From a virus, in IMG/VR virus record IMGVR_UViG_3300029568_000138, positions 1-29,059 of that record: a stretch of DNA of 29,059 bases; one strand, written 5' to 3'. Position 1 is the stretch's first letter. The number at the start of each line of letters is the position of its first letter. A program made the position numbers and the translations under genes. The notes below the pieces were generated by a model. The model did no database searches. It worked only from the letters and a program-made list of their open reading frames with translations, and was not told the origin of the DNA. This document shows, one piece after another, positions 8,129 to 15,182 of this stretch.

Positions 8129-8250
8129 GTGTTTATCCTTTTGGCTGTGTGCTGATGTGCACAGTCATTTATTTGTTGTATTCGTATAGAATATCATACG
8201 CCCATTCTTTAGTTGCTGAGCTTTCGCTATGAGCTAAAATATACAATAAT

Positions 8251-8577
8251 TCAGTGTAAGTTTCGCGATTCATGCTGCTTCTCATTAAGCGTTTGATTGA
8301 TATAGCACAAGCTTGAACAATATGTGCCAGTGTCGTTAATTAAGAGTGATTCATCAATAAATGGTTCTTGTAACATCGCCATGAATTCAGACGCTTGAAT
8401 AAGTTGTTTGTTATTATCGCAATAAGGACATTCGCATGCGTGTAATCGTTTATTCTTCACCGTCATCATATACGCATGATCATTGTCACATTTGTACCAA
8501 ATGTAGCGGTTCGATGTGGCATTATAGTCCAGTCGTGCACATGAATTAATGATAGAATCACAGTGGTTGCATTTCAT
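8251..8577 (-). CDS. Cys-rich putative zinc-binding protein (108 aa).
   Basis: Contains CxxC pairs (CNHC, CPYC) and further CxC/Cys-His clusters. AAGGAATT-A8-TG initiation region. Confidence 0.5.
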   Translation of the reverse strand: MKCNHCDSIINSCARLDYNATSNRYIWYKCDNDHAYMMTVKNKRLHACECPYCDNNKQLIQASEFMAMLQEPFIDESLLINDTGTYCSSLCYINQTLNEKQHESRNLH

Positions 8578-8601
8578 TTTTTTTAATTCCTTTTCAAAAA
8601 T

Positions 8602-8880
8602 CTAATATTCACTACAACCCATATCTATATATTCACTATGATATATCAGTTCCGACCACTGTTCATTATCAAGAATAAAGCAACCCAATTCTGGTATGTT
8701 AATTAAATACTCGTAGTGGTACACAGATGTTGTATTACATGTTTTTTCTGTGTGAGATCGCCTACTTTCAATGTAAGATAGCCTACGTTCAATTAATTTA
8801 TATTGGTCGCCTTTTCCAAGCCCTAACTGAGTGTTCGCATATGTATCTTTTAATGAAATATACTTAAATCTTTTAATCAT
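8602..8880 (-). CDS. Hypothetical protein (92 aa).
   Basis: Preceded by the duplicated 25-nt initiation cassette AAAAACAAAGGAGTTTAAAAAATGA. Confidence 0.55.
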   Translation of the reverse strand: MIKRFKYISLKDTYANTQLGLGKGDQYKLIERRLSYIESRRSHTEKTCNTTSVYHYEYLINIPELGCFILDNEQWSELIYHSEYIDMGCSEY

Positions 8881-8950
8881 TTTTTAAACTCCTTTGTTTT
8901 TGTTATAATTTTTATTGAAAATATTGTTAATTAGTTATAGTTTTCTACAA

Positions 8951-8976
8951 GGCCCGCATTTGTGGGCCATTTTTTT
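8951..8976. terminator. GC-rich stem-loop (GGCCCGCA-TT-TGTGGGCC) with a T7 run on the plus strand.
   Basis: The hairpin plus T-tract reads as an intrinsic terminator only for rightward transcription. The flanking genes are leftward, so it may block antisense transcripts or stabilise or attenuate the leftward mRNA. Confidence 0.4.
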
Positions 8977-8989
8977 AATTCCTTTTCTA

Positions 8990-9340
8990 TTAAATTGATT
9001 GGTACAATTCTTCCATATAATCACAGATACCTAGGTTATCTTGATTATATGACCGTTTGATTTCATCACCTCCCCAGTAACCTTCAATGCATTTTTCCAT
9101 GGTATTAATCCATATGTTCGGACCACCATAAGCTACCAGTATATGTGCGCCTAGATATCGTTTGCTTGAGTCTATTGTGAATCTGTAATCGAGTACATCC
9201 GATAGATAATCCCCAGGACAAGGCTGTTCATATTCTGATGATTCAACATCAAAATCATATGTACCCGTTTGAATTTCTCTAGCAATATTCTCACATGTTT
9301 TTTCTAATTGAATCGTTGTTTCGTGTTTTTGTTTTGTCAT
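8990..9340 (-). CDS. Acidic early protein (116 aa), first gene of the leftward operon.
   Basis: AAAGGAG lies 9 nt upstream. About 25 Asp+Glu against about 11 Lys+Arg. No motif recognised. Confidence 0.55.
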   Translation of the reverse strand: MTKQKHETTIQLEKTCENIAREIQTGTYDFDVESSEYEQPCPGDYLSDVLDYRFTIDSSKRYLGAHILVAYGGPNIWINTMEKCIEGYWGGDEIKRSYNQDNLGICDYMEELYQSI

Positions 9341-9371
9341 TTTTTAAACTCCTTTGTTTTTATATATATAT

Positions 9372-9400
9372 ATAATACAGACAATGTTTGTATTAATCAA
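9372..9400 (-). promoter_or_regulatory. Putative leftward early promoter (-35 TTGATT, 17-nt spacer, -10 TATTAT) with an embedded 21-bp dyad at 9374-9394.
   Basis: Sigma-70-like hexamers on the minus strand about 30 nt upstream of the 9340 start. The dyad AATACAGACA-A-TGTTTGTATT matches 9 of 10 between arms. Confidence 0.5.
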
Positions 9401-9436
9401 GGGTTTTATACACGAATTTTATTTTTATATTAGTCA

Positions 9437-9465
9437 TTGTACGTATCATTAAAATATACTATAAT
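9437..9465 (+). promoter_or_regulatory. Putative rightward promoter (-35 TTGTAC, 17-nt spacer, -10 TATAAT) ending 6 nt before ATG 9472.
   Basis: The -10 hexamer is a perfect consensus. No SD lies between it and the ATG, which implies a leaderless transcript. Confidence 0.5.
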
Positions 9466-9471
9466 TAACGT

Positions 9472-9642
9472 ATGGCGAATAAAAGGCATAAACATGATAT
9501 TGAATACTATAGAAAGCTTCGTAATGAGGGACTATCTTGGAGAGAAATAGGGCGATATGCTGCAATTAATCACAACACGATAATAGAGTGGGTAAAACGT
9601 AACTACACTGAGATAACGGTATTTGAATATATAAGAAAGTGA
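9472..9642 (+). CDS. Mini HTH protein 1 (56 aa).
   Basis: Manual translation gives MANKRHKHDIEYYRKLRNEGLSWREIGRYAAINHNTIIEWVKRNYTEITVFEYIRK. The LSWREIGRYAAINHNTI stretch is HTH-like. It is paralogous to the next ORF. Confidence 0.5.
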   Translation: MANKRHKHDIEYYRKLRNEGLSWREIGRYAAINHNTIIEWVKRNYTEITVFEYIRK

Positions 9643-9791
9643 ATATTCAATTAATACAGATTTACAGAAATCAAGGCATCAGCTGGGAAGAGATTTCAGA
9701 GAAAATTGGGGTTAGTGTTGACGAGATACAAAAACACATTGAAACGAATTATGACATTATAACCTCATATAGTTTTATAAAAAAACGTTGA
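9639..9791 (+). CDS. Mini HTH protein 2 (50 aa, GTG start overlapping the upstream stop as GTGA).
   Basis: Manual translation gives (M)NIQLIQIYRNQGISWEEISEKIGVSVDEIQKHIETNYDIITSYSFIKKR. About one third of positions match ORF 9472..9642 with no gaps. Confidence 0.45.
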   Translation: MNIQLIQIYRNQGISWEEISEKIGVSVDEIQKHIETNYDIITSYSFIKKR

Positions 9792-9824
9792 ATTAAGAAC
9801 AACAATCCTATATATATAAAATTA

Positions 9825-10415
9825 GTGATTGCGTGTAAAAAAACACGTATGCAAAAAATATTACAATCCATTGAAGATATTAAAATTTCAAAATTGCTTA
9901 ATAATTCTGGGCAATTATTAGAATCGCATGGCATTCCAGAGAATCCAAGGCGTATAACGAAGGTCCAATTCCATAAACTGTTGGCGTCAATTAATGACTC
10001 AAATTTAGCCGAGATCAAACCGTTGCAGGTTATTCCATACGATAACAAATATATCGTCCTTGCTGGGAATCAACGTTTACGAGCCTATAGACAACTTAAA
10101 TACAAAACCGTTAAATGCTTTGTTTTGCGTGATGATTTAGACTGGAAAATATATCAAAAAGTCATTATTACAGATAACACCCATTATGGGTCTAACGATG
10201 ACGACCTCTTAGCCAATATGTTCGAGGCTGAAGATCTTCTTGATTGGGGTGTGGAATTACCAGAATTGAGTAAAGATGATGTCGATTCACTTTTACCTGA
10301 ACGTAACCAAATTAAAGATGATTTTAAAATTGTTGTTAGCGAACAAGATCATGAAAAACTGATGGCATTGATGAGCGAATTACAAGATCGAGGTTACAAG
10401 GTCAAATTGAAATGA
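9825..10415 (+). CDS. ParB N-terminal-domain (ParB-like nuclease) protein; alternative start ATG 9849.
   Basis: Contains IPENPRRI and the ParB-box-like IVLAGNQRLRAYRQL, followed by an acidic C-terminal domain. The position beside the terminase genes is common in phages. Confidence 0.65.
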   Translation: MIACKKTRMQKILQSIEDIKISKLLNNSGQLLESHGIPENPRRITKVQFHKLLASINDSNLAEIKPLQVIPYDNKYIVLAGNQRLRAYRQLKYKTVKCFVLRDDLDWKIYQKVIITDNTHYGSNDDDLLANMFEAEDLLDWGVELPELSKDDVDSLLPERNQIKDDFKIVVSEQDHEKLMALMSELQDRGYKVKLK

Positions 10416-10804
10416 ATAGTTATGACCCGCACGAACTTTATCAATTATCTATTGAGGCATTAAGTAAAAATGACATTATAACCATGGAGGATTTAATAGA
10501 TCATCTACCGTGTAGTAAACCTACTTTCTACGTTAAACTTAAAGACGGGACAGACGAGTTTAACAGCATAAAGAAGTTACTAAACAAAAACAAAATCGAA
10601 GTTAAAAAAAGATTACGCAAGTTTTTTGGTTCCGCTATGAGCACACCAGCTGAAAGAATATTTTTATATAAAATCCTCAGTAACGAGGAGGAACGTATGG
10701 CATACAATCCACCAAAAATTGAGAGTGAAAAACGCCCACCAGTTGAGCATCGAATTACATTAACACATGAGCCAATGAAGATTGAGGGAAATTCAAATGA
10801 GTGA
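10412..10804 (+). CDS. Putative terminase small subunit.
   Basis: Sits upstream of the large terminase, separated from it by a small membrane-protein ORF, and overlaps the upstream gene as ATGA. It has an N-terminal HTH-like segment (ITMEDLIDHLPCSKPTFYVKL) and a TPAERIFLYKIL motif resembling small-terminase families. The call rests on position and motifs only. Confidence 0.5.
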   Translation: MNSYDPHELYQLSIEALSKNDIITMEDLIDHLPCSKPTFYVKLKDGTDEFNSIKKLLNKNKIEVKKRLRKFFGSAMSTPAERIFLYKILSNEEERMAYNPPKIESEKRPPVEHRITLTHEPMKIEGNSNE

Positions 10805-11021
10805 AACCATATTAAGTGACCTTTGGTTTGTCATACATTTACTGTTGGTCTGTACTGTCATTACAGTCACGATATTAATTAACGTGTGCATGTCATTGCG
10901 AATGGCTTTTTATTTTAAATCGTTTCGTGATCCTATTGGAGCATTTAAGAGTGAAGATACACTAAAAAATATTTATGAACGAGCACAAGAACAGGAAGAA
11001 ATTGCGGGCAATCGGTTGTGA
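10797..11021 (+). CDS. Small membrane protein (74 aa from ATG 10797; the ORF track gives TTG 10782).
   Basis: GAGGG lies 9 nt upstream of ATG 10797. One TM segment (LWFVIHLLLVCTVITVTILINVCMSL). Confidence 0.5.
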   Translation: MSETILSDLWFVIHLLLVCTVITVTILINVCMSLRMAFYFKSFRDPIGAFKSEDTLKNIYERAQEQEEIAGNRL

Positions 11022-11097
11022 TTTCATATCAAATTTTAAGAAAAGATTATAAATTTTTAGACAAGAAATTAAATGCAGGTGTTTATAATTCTTACAC

Positions 11098-12417
11098 ATG
11101 CTTATACACATCAACCAAGATAAAAAAGCTATGGATATTATTCTAAATGAAAATCAGTCAAAAATATTTAAATCAATATTTGATAGTAATGTGTATCAAC
11201 GTCATGATTGCCCCAGTGAGATTGCTTTTTGGGGTGGCTATGGATCGGGTAAAAGTTATATTTCAATTGTTTTGGCGTTTTTACTTTGTCGGCAACATGC
11301 CAACGCACAAATTTTAATGACACGGTTCAGTTATCGTCAGCTTAAAGACACATGCATCGTACAATTTAAAGAGGTATTCCCACCGAATACAAATAATTAT
11401 ATTCATCAAAAAGCTGACCATGAGTTTCACTTTACAAATGGTAGCAAAATAATATTTAGATCGTTTGATGACCCTAGGAAAATATTGTCTAGCAGTTATG
11501 ATGCCGTCATTATGTGCCAGGCAGAAGAATTAAAAGAGGAGCATTTTTTAGGTGCACTTGGCCGTTTAAGAGGTACAGCATTACCAAAAAAATTCATATT
11601 TACTGAAGGCAACCCACGATTCGGATGGTGTAAAAAAAGGTATCACGATCAAGAATTGCCAAAAAATTGTATGTACATTCGTGCAAGTACATACAGCAAT
11701 AAAAAAAACCTGCCAGAAGACTATATTAAAAACATGGAAGAGAACTACCCGCCTAGCTATATTAAACAGTTTTTGGAAGGTAATTGGGATTCCGTACAAA
11801 ATGCGGTCTATGATTGCTTAATGGATCATCATGTCATACCAAAGCAACGTATACAAAAACACTGGTATAAGTGTATAGGTTTAGATCATGGAACACGAGT
11901 AGATACATCTATTGTCTTTTTAGCTAAAGACGAACTAGGGAATATTTACATTTATGACGAATGGCATAAATCAAAACCGTTAGTAAGTGATATTGTAAAT
12001 GCTTGCAACAAATATGGCCCATTGCCAATTATTGCAGACTATTCAATGAAGGTTGCCGATCGTGATTACGGCTCTTGGTGGAAAGATTTACAAGCTGAGG
12101 GTTTACGTCTAATTGAAGCTAAAAAGGAAAAATCGGGCAATATTTTATTGATCAATCAATTGCTATGGCAAAACAAACTAATGTTTTTTAATCATCTAAA
12201 TTATGTTATTGATCAGCATAAAAATTATAGATATGTAGACACGCTACACTCGAACACGGATGAGTTTAAAGTAGTAAAAAAAGACGATCATAGTGTTGAT
12301 GCTGTGCAATATGCAATTCGACACATTAAGGATATTAAAGTTAAATCACCAGCCGATGCATTTAAGTTAGATATAAATCAAAAAACATTACGTGATTACG
12401 TAGAAGGGAGGGTATAA
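11098..12417 (+). CDS. terL: Terminase large subunit.
   Basis: Walker A is GGYGSGKS and the Walker B-like stretch is YDAVIMCQAEE. Nuclease-domain motifs are GLDHGTRVDTS, IYIYDEW and DDHSVDAVQYAIRH. Confidence 0.85.
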   Translation: MLIHINQDKKAMDIILNENQSKIFKSIFDSNVYQRHDCPSEIAFWGGYGSGKSYISIVLAFLLCRQHANAQILMTRFSYRQLKDTCIVQFKEVFPPNTNNYIHQKADHEFHFTNGSKIIFRSFDDPRKILSSSYDAVIMCQAEELKEEHFLGALGRLRGTALPKKFIFTEGNPRFGWCKKRYHDQELPKNCMYIRASTYSNKKNLPEDYIKNMEENYPPSYIKQFLEGNWDSVQNAVYDCLMDHHVIPKQRIQKHWYKCIGLDHGTRVDTSIVFLAKDELGNIYIYDEWHKSKPLVSDIVNACNKYGPLPIIADYSMKVADRDYGSWWKDLQAEGLRLIEAKKEKSGNILLINQLLWQNKLMFFNHLNYVIDQHKNYRYVDTLHSNTDEFKVVKKDDHSVDAVQYAIRHIKDIKVKSPADAFKLDINQKTLRDYVEGRV

Positions 12418-12467
12418 ATGAACAAAAAGAAAAAACCAAAAAAATATTAAACAAAGGGAGTATATAA

Positions 12468-13046
12468 ATGAATGACACTAACACATTACAAGCCATTAAT
12501 GGCTTCAAGATAGAAGTTGCGGAAATGTTTAAGTCGCTTAATAAATCAATAGATGCAAGAATTAATAATGTCGTCGATAAAACAATTTCTAATAAATTAG
12601 ATTTTCATACAGAGACTAAACGAAAAGCATTGGAAGATATAACGGTTAATAGTCCGCTAAATCCAGAACAATTAACAAAAATTGTTAGAGACTTACTTAA
12701 TGACGTAGCATCAATAAAAAACAACACTACCAATTATGCCTTATACGATCAAATGCAAGTTGTTAACAATCAATTTTCACAAATTCAAACAGACTTTAAT
12801 TATATAAAAAACACATTAAATCAAATGATTGCAGATAAATATATTGAATCTGATATTGAACCGTCTGAATTGGAATCATTGTACCAGAAAACAGGGCTTG
12901 GGCCTGATTATGTGGCATCACATTTTCATATAAGTAAAGAAATGCTATATAAAATTTTGAACGGTAAAGAAGCCAATCCAAACGAAAAGCGTAAGCATAA
13001 TCTAAAGCAATTTTTTCTAAAAAAAATATACGATGCCAATTTATAG
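12468..13046 (+). CDS. Hypothetical coiled-coil protein with C-terminal HTH-like segment (192 aa).
   Basis: AGGGAG lies 8 nt upstream. The C-terminal stretch is YQKTGLGPDYVASHFHISKEMLYKILNGK. Confidence 0.5.
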   Translation: MNDTNTLQAINGFKIEVAEMFKSLNKSIDARINNVVDKTISNKLDFHTETKRKALEDITVNSPLNPEQLTKIVRDLLNDVASIKNNTTNYALYDQMQVVNNQFSQIQTDFNYIKNTLNQMIADKYIESDIEPSELESLYQKTGLGPDYVASHFHISKEMLYKILNGKEANPNEKRKHNLKQFFLKKIYDANL

Positions 13047-13401
13047 TTATAAATGTAGCAACTGTAAAAGCGTGCAAGATATGTTTACACAATTAGAGAA
13101 AAAAAACACAATTAAATGTGTTGAGTGCCATTCTAGTAAAATGGAACGATATTTTGGAAATGCCAACGTAAATATACACGGATTTACACAATTTAAAGAC
13201 CCTCGCGGTAGTGGTGAATCGTATACTATGTCACAGATTAAAAACATTGAAAAAAATGAAGGGCTTACATATCTGTCACATAGTGAACACGATAAAGAAA
13301 TAACAAAAAATCGAAAAGCGCGTGAATTAAAACAACGGAAGCACATAAATGATGTTGCAGAAAAAGCCACTAAACAGCTTATGAATAAATGGAATCACTA
13401 A
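13033..13401 (+). CDS. FmdB-family zinc-ribbon protein.
   Basis: The N-terminus MPIYSYKCSNC...19 residues...CVEC is the canonical FmdB/CxxC-x(n)-CxxC signature. Confidence 0.65.
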   Translation: MPIYSYKCSNCKSVQDMFTQLEKKNTIKCVECHSSKMERYFGNANVNIHGFTQFKDPRGSGESYTMSQIKNIEKNEGLTYLSHSEHDKEITKNRKARELKQRKHINDVAEKATKQLMNKWNH

Positions 13402-13410
13402 GGAGGGTGT

Positions 13411-13539
13411 ATGCCACTTGATTATGGAAGATCTAAGAAAGCTTTTAAAAAAAATGTCGAAACAGAGCTTGAATCTGGAAAGCCGATTAAGCAAGCACTT
13501 GCAATCGCATATTCAATTAAAAAAAGAGGTGAAAAATGA
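13411..13539 (+). CDS. Small basic protein (42 aa).
   Basis: AAGGAGGG lies 5 nt upstream. Manual translation gives MPLDYGRSKKAFKKNVETELESGKPIKQALAIAYSIKKRGEK. Confidence 0.45.
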   Translation: MPLDYGRSKKAFKKNVETELESGKPIKQALAIAYSIKKRGEK

Positions 13540-13709
13540 ATATTAGTAACATATATGAAAATATTTTTGTTAAGGGTAAAAATAAATCATTTGATGCAAT
13601 TGGTATTATTACAATTTTATTGGGAAATTCAGTGCCGTATGACACAATATCTGACGCAGTTAATGGCATTGCAGCTATTTGGGCGATCTATAAAATTTTT
13701 ACTAAATGA
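13536..13709 (+). CDS. Small hydrophobic protein (57 aa), holin candidate.
   Basis: Overlaps the upstream gene as ATGA. Two weakly hydrophobic stretches (AIGIITILLG, AVNGIAAIWAIYKIF). It lies two genes upstream of the endolysin. Confidence 0.3.
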   Translation: MNISNIYENIFVKGKNKSFDAIGIITILLGNSVPYDTISDAVNGIAAIWAIYKIFTK

Positions 13710-13885
13710 TCAAAGACATTGGAAAAATAAAAATAGTTTTCATTTCGCATTATCATTATAACAGTGAAATTTATTGTAATTATTCAGATCGCTATGACCC
13801 AATAATTACAGATATGGAGGACGGTGATTTTTCATCTACCTTACCCAATGAACTATGTGATTTTTATTTTTTTAATATTAACTAA
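13706..13885 (+). CDS. Small hypothetical protein (59 aa).
   Basis: Overlaps neighbours as ATGA and TAATG on the two sides. Manual translation gives MIKDIGKIKIVFISHYHYNSEIYCNYSDRYDPIITDMEDGDFSSTLPNELCDFYFFNIN. Confidence 0.35.
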   Translation: MIKDIGKIKIVFISHYHYNSEIYCNYSDRYDPIITDMEDGDFSSTLPNELCDFYFFNIN

Positions 13886-14298
13886 TGCACGTTTCAAAAA
13901 ACTTTTTATTGCAGGAATTTGTTCCAAAAGAATTTTGGAATTTACATAAAGAAAAATCATTGTGGGCCATAGATGAACGGATTATTATTATGGCACAACA
14001 AATACGTGATGACTTCAACAGCACAATAACAATAAATAATTGGTGCTATGGCGGCACACGCAATGAATCAGGACTACGAGTTCCAGAATCAAAAAACTAT
14101 AATCCGAGAAGTCAGCATACTTATGGCCGCGCGGTTGATATTGTATCAGTGCATTATTCGGCTGAAGAAATGCGACAACACATATTTAAAAACCCAGAAA
14201 AATATGAACATATAACGGCCATTGAATTAGATGTTAATTGGTTACACATAGATTGTAGATATACAAACCAAAAACAAATATTTAAATTTAAACCATGA
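13885..14298 (+). CDS. Endolysin, peptidase M15 family (zinc D-Ala-D-Ala / L-Ala-D-Glu peptidase type).
   Basis: Metal-ligand motifs SQHTYGRAVD (H-x6-D) and WLHID (distal His) lie in the expected order and spacing. Confidence 0.7.
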   Translation: MHVSKNFLLQEFVPKEFWNLHKEKSLWAIDERIIIMAQQIRDDFNSTITINNWCYGGTRNESGLRVPESKNYNPRSQHTYGRAVDIVSVHYSAEEMRQHIFKNPEKYEHITAIELDVNWLHIDCRYTNQKQIFKFKP

Positions 14299-14314
14299 AT
14301 TTTACAAAATTGTA
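14297..14314. repeat. 18-bp direct repeat, copy 1 (GAATTTTACAAAATTGTA); contains the dyad TTACAA-AA-TTGTAA.
   Basis: Identical to 14601-14618. It overlaps the endolysin stop codon. Confidence 0.85.
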
Positions 14315-14337
14315 AGTTATATTACTATGGGAGTTTG

Positions 14338-14377
14338 GAGGCGCGAAGAGTGATTGCGAAATGATTTGACGCGCCTC
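14338..14377 (+). other. GC-rich stem-loop (GAGGCGCG ...24 nt... CGCGCCTC) in AT-rich non-coding DNA.
   Basis: A perfect 8-bp G/C-rich stem 40 nt after the endolysin stop with no U-tract. It could be a terminator, an RNA element or a recombination or packaging site. Confidence 0.4.
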
Positions 14378-14600
14378 TATACAACAAATATGAACTTGTA
14401 ATAAAAATCTAATGCCAAATTAATGCTAAATGTACGCACATTAGATATAAATAAAATATAAAACATTGTATTTTTTGTAATAACAGCACAAAAGCTGGGC
14501 CACGAAATGAAACGAAAACAACCCCAAAAAAAAATTAAAAAAACAAAGGGACCCAGCTACTTATATAATACGAAATTTAAAAAATAATTATAAGGCAATT

Positions 14601-14618
14601 GAATTTTACAAAATTGTA
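14601..14618. repeat. 18-bp direct repeat, copy 2 (GAATTTTACAAAATTGTA).
   Basis: Identical to 14297-14314. It lies 16 nt upstream of ATG 14634. Confidence 0.85.
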
Positions 14619-14633
14619 CTGTTAATTATTTTA

Positions 14634-14876
14634 ATGACAAATATAACACAACGAATACACCTAATTAGTAATAATGATAATGAAAACGATTATGTTATGG
14701 ATTTACACGAATTCCAAAAAGAAATTAATTCATTCTTAAAAAAAAATACAAACTTTGTTTTTCATGACCTTGCATTGTCTAAATCAGAAATTATAGCAAT
14801 ATGTATTACTAAAGGTGATAGTGGTGACGAATATGAGACACAAAAAACAATAAATATTAACGTTAAAAATTTATAA
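14634..14876 (+). CDS. Orphan hypothetical protein (80 aa).
   Basis: The ORF is followed by its own intrinsic terminator. No SD was seen and no motif recognised. Confidence 0.4.
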   Translation: MTNITQRIHLISNNDNENDYVMDLHEFQKEINSFLKKNTNFVFHDLALSKSEIIAICITKGDSGDEYETQKTININVKNL

Positions 14877-14878
14877 AA

Positions 14879-14906
14879 AAGCCTGCTTTTACACAGGCTT
14901 TAAAAT
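14879..14906 (+). terminator. Intrinsic terminator (AAGCCTG-cttttaca-CAGGCTT followed by TAAAAT).
   Basis: A 7-bp stem starts 3 nt after the stop of 14634..14876. Confidence 0.55.
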
Positions 14907-14981
14907 ACAACATATAATATCAAATGTTATATGCTTCCGTTTCCCGAATAATGTTAAATTATATTATTTTTAAATTTATGT

Positions 14982-15005
14982 AAACCGGTCGAATTCGACC
15001 GGTTT
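14982..15005. terminator. Perfect 24-bp palindrome AAACCGGTCGAATTCGACCGGTTT (candidate bidirectional terminator).
   Basis: A 10-bp stem around an AATT loop is flanked by an A-run upstream and a T-run downstream, so it has a T-tract on both strands. Confidence 0.6.
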
Positions 15006-15054
15006 TAAATAATCTTTTGACTTAAAATCATAAATCGAATCGATTATTCCTAAA

Positions 15055-15081
15055 ATCTACAACTAGTAGAAATTGATAGTA
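15055..15081 (+). repeat. Site A, left inverted repeat flanking the recombinase cassette (ATCTACAACTAGTAGAAATTGATAGTA).
   Basis: Matches the reverse complement of 15869-15897 at 24 positions, including the exact blocks ATCTACAA and GATAGTA, with one 2-nt indel. Confidence 0.6.
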
Positions 15082-15182
15082 CTTTAACTCAAATATCAAT
15101 AATAGTAAACGTTCTCATATGTTATAACTTTTAATATTCATTACAAAAAATCAATGCGTAATTTTTTTAAGTATAAATTCTA

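Noticed and set aside
9749-10048. 99-aa minus-strand ORF overlapping the ParB-like gene.
   Set aside because: The ParB motifs support the plus-strand frame, and the minus frame has no RBS.
11581-11799. 72-aa minus-strand ORF inside terL.
   Set aside because: It is a shadow ORF of a confidently identified gene.
12796-13761. ORFs 12796..13092 (-), 13047..13370 (-) and 13555..13761 (+).
   Set aside because: The first two are antisense to the 192-aa ORF and the FmdB zinc-ribbon gene. The third is out of frame with the tightly coupled 13536..13709 and 13706..13885 ORFs and lacks an RBS.
14507-14584. 25-codon, very basic mini-ORF (MKRKQPQKKIKKTKGPSYLYNTKFKK) in the non-coding island.
   Set aside because: It has no RBS, and its composition simply reflects A-rich DNA. 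The region is treated as non-coding or structured instead.
14982-15005. The 24-bp palindrome with a central GAATTC as a possible recombination site for the recombinase.
   Set aside because: Its geometry (10-bp G/C-containing stem, 4-nt loop, flanking A and T runs) fits a bidirectional intrinsic terminator better, and it has no partner copy elsewhere.
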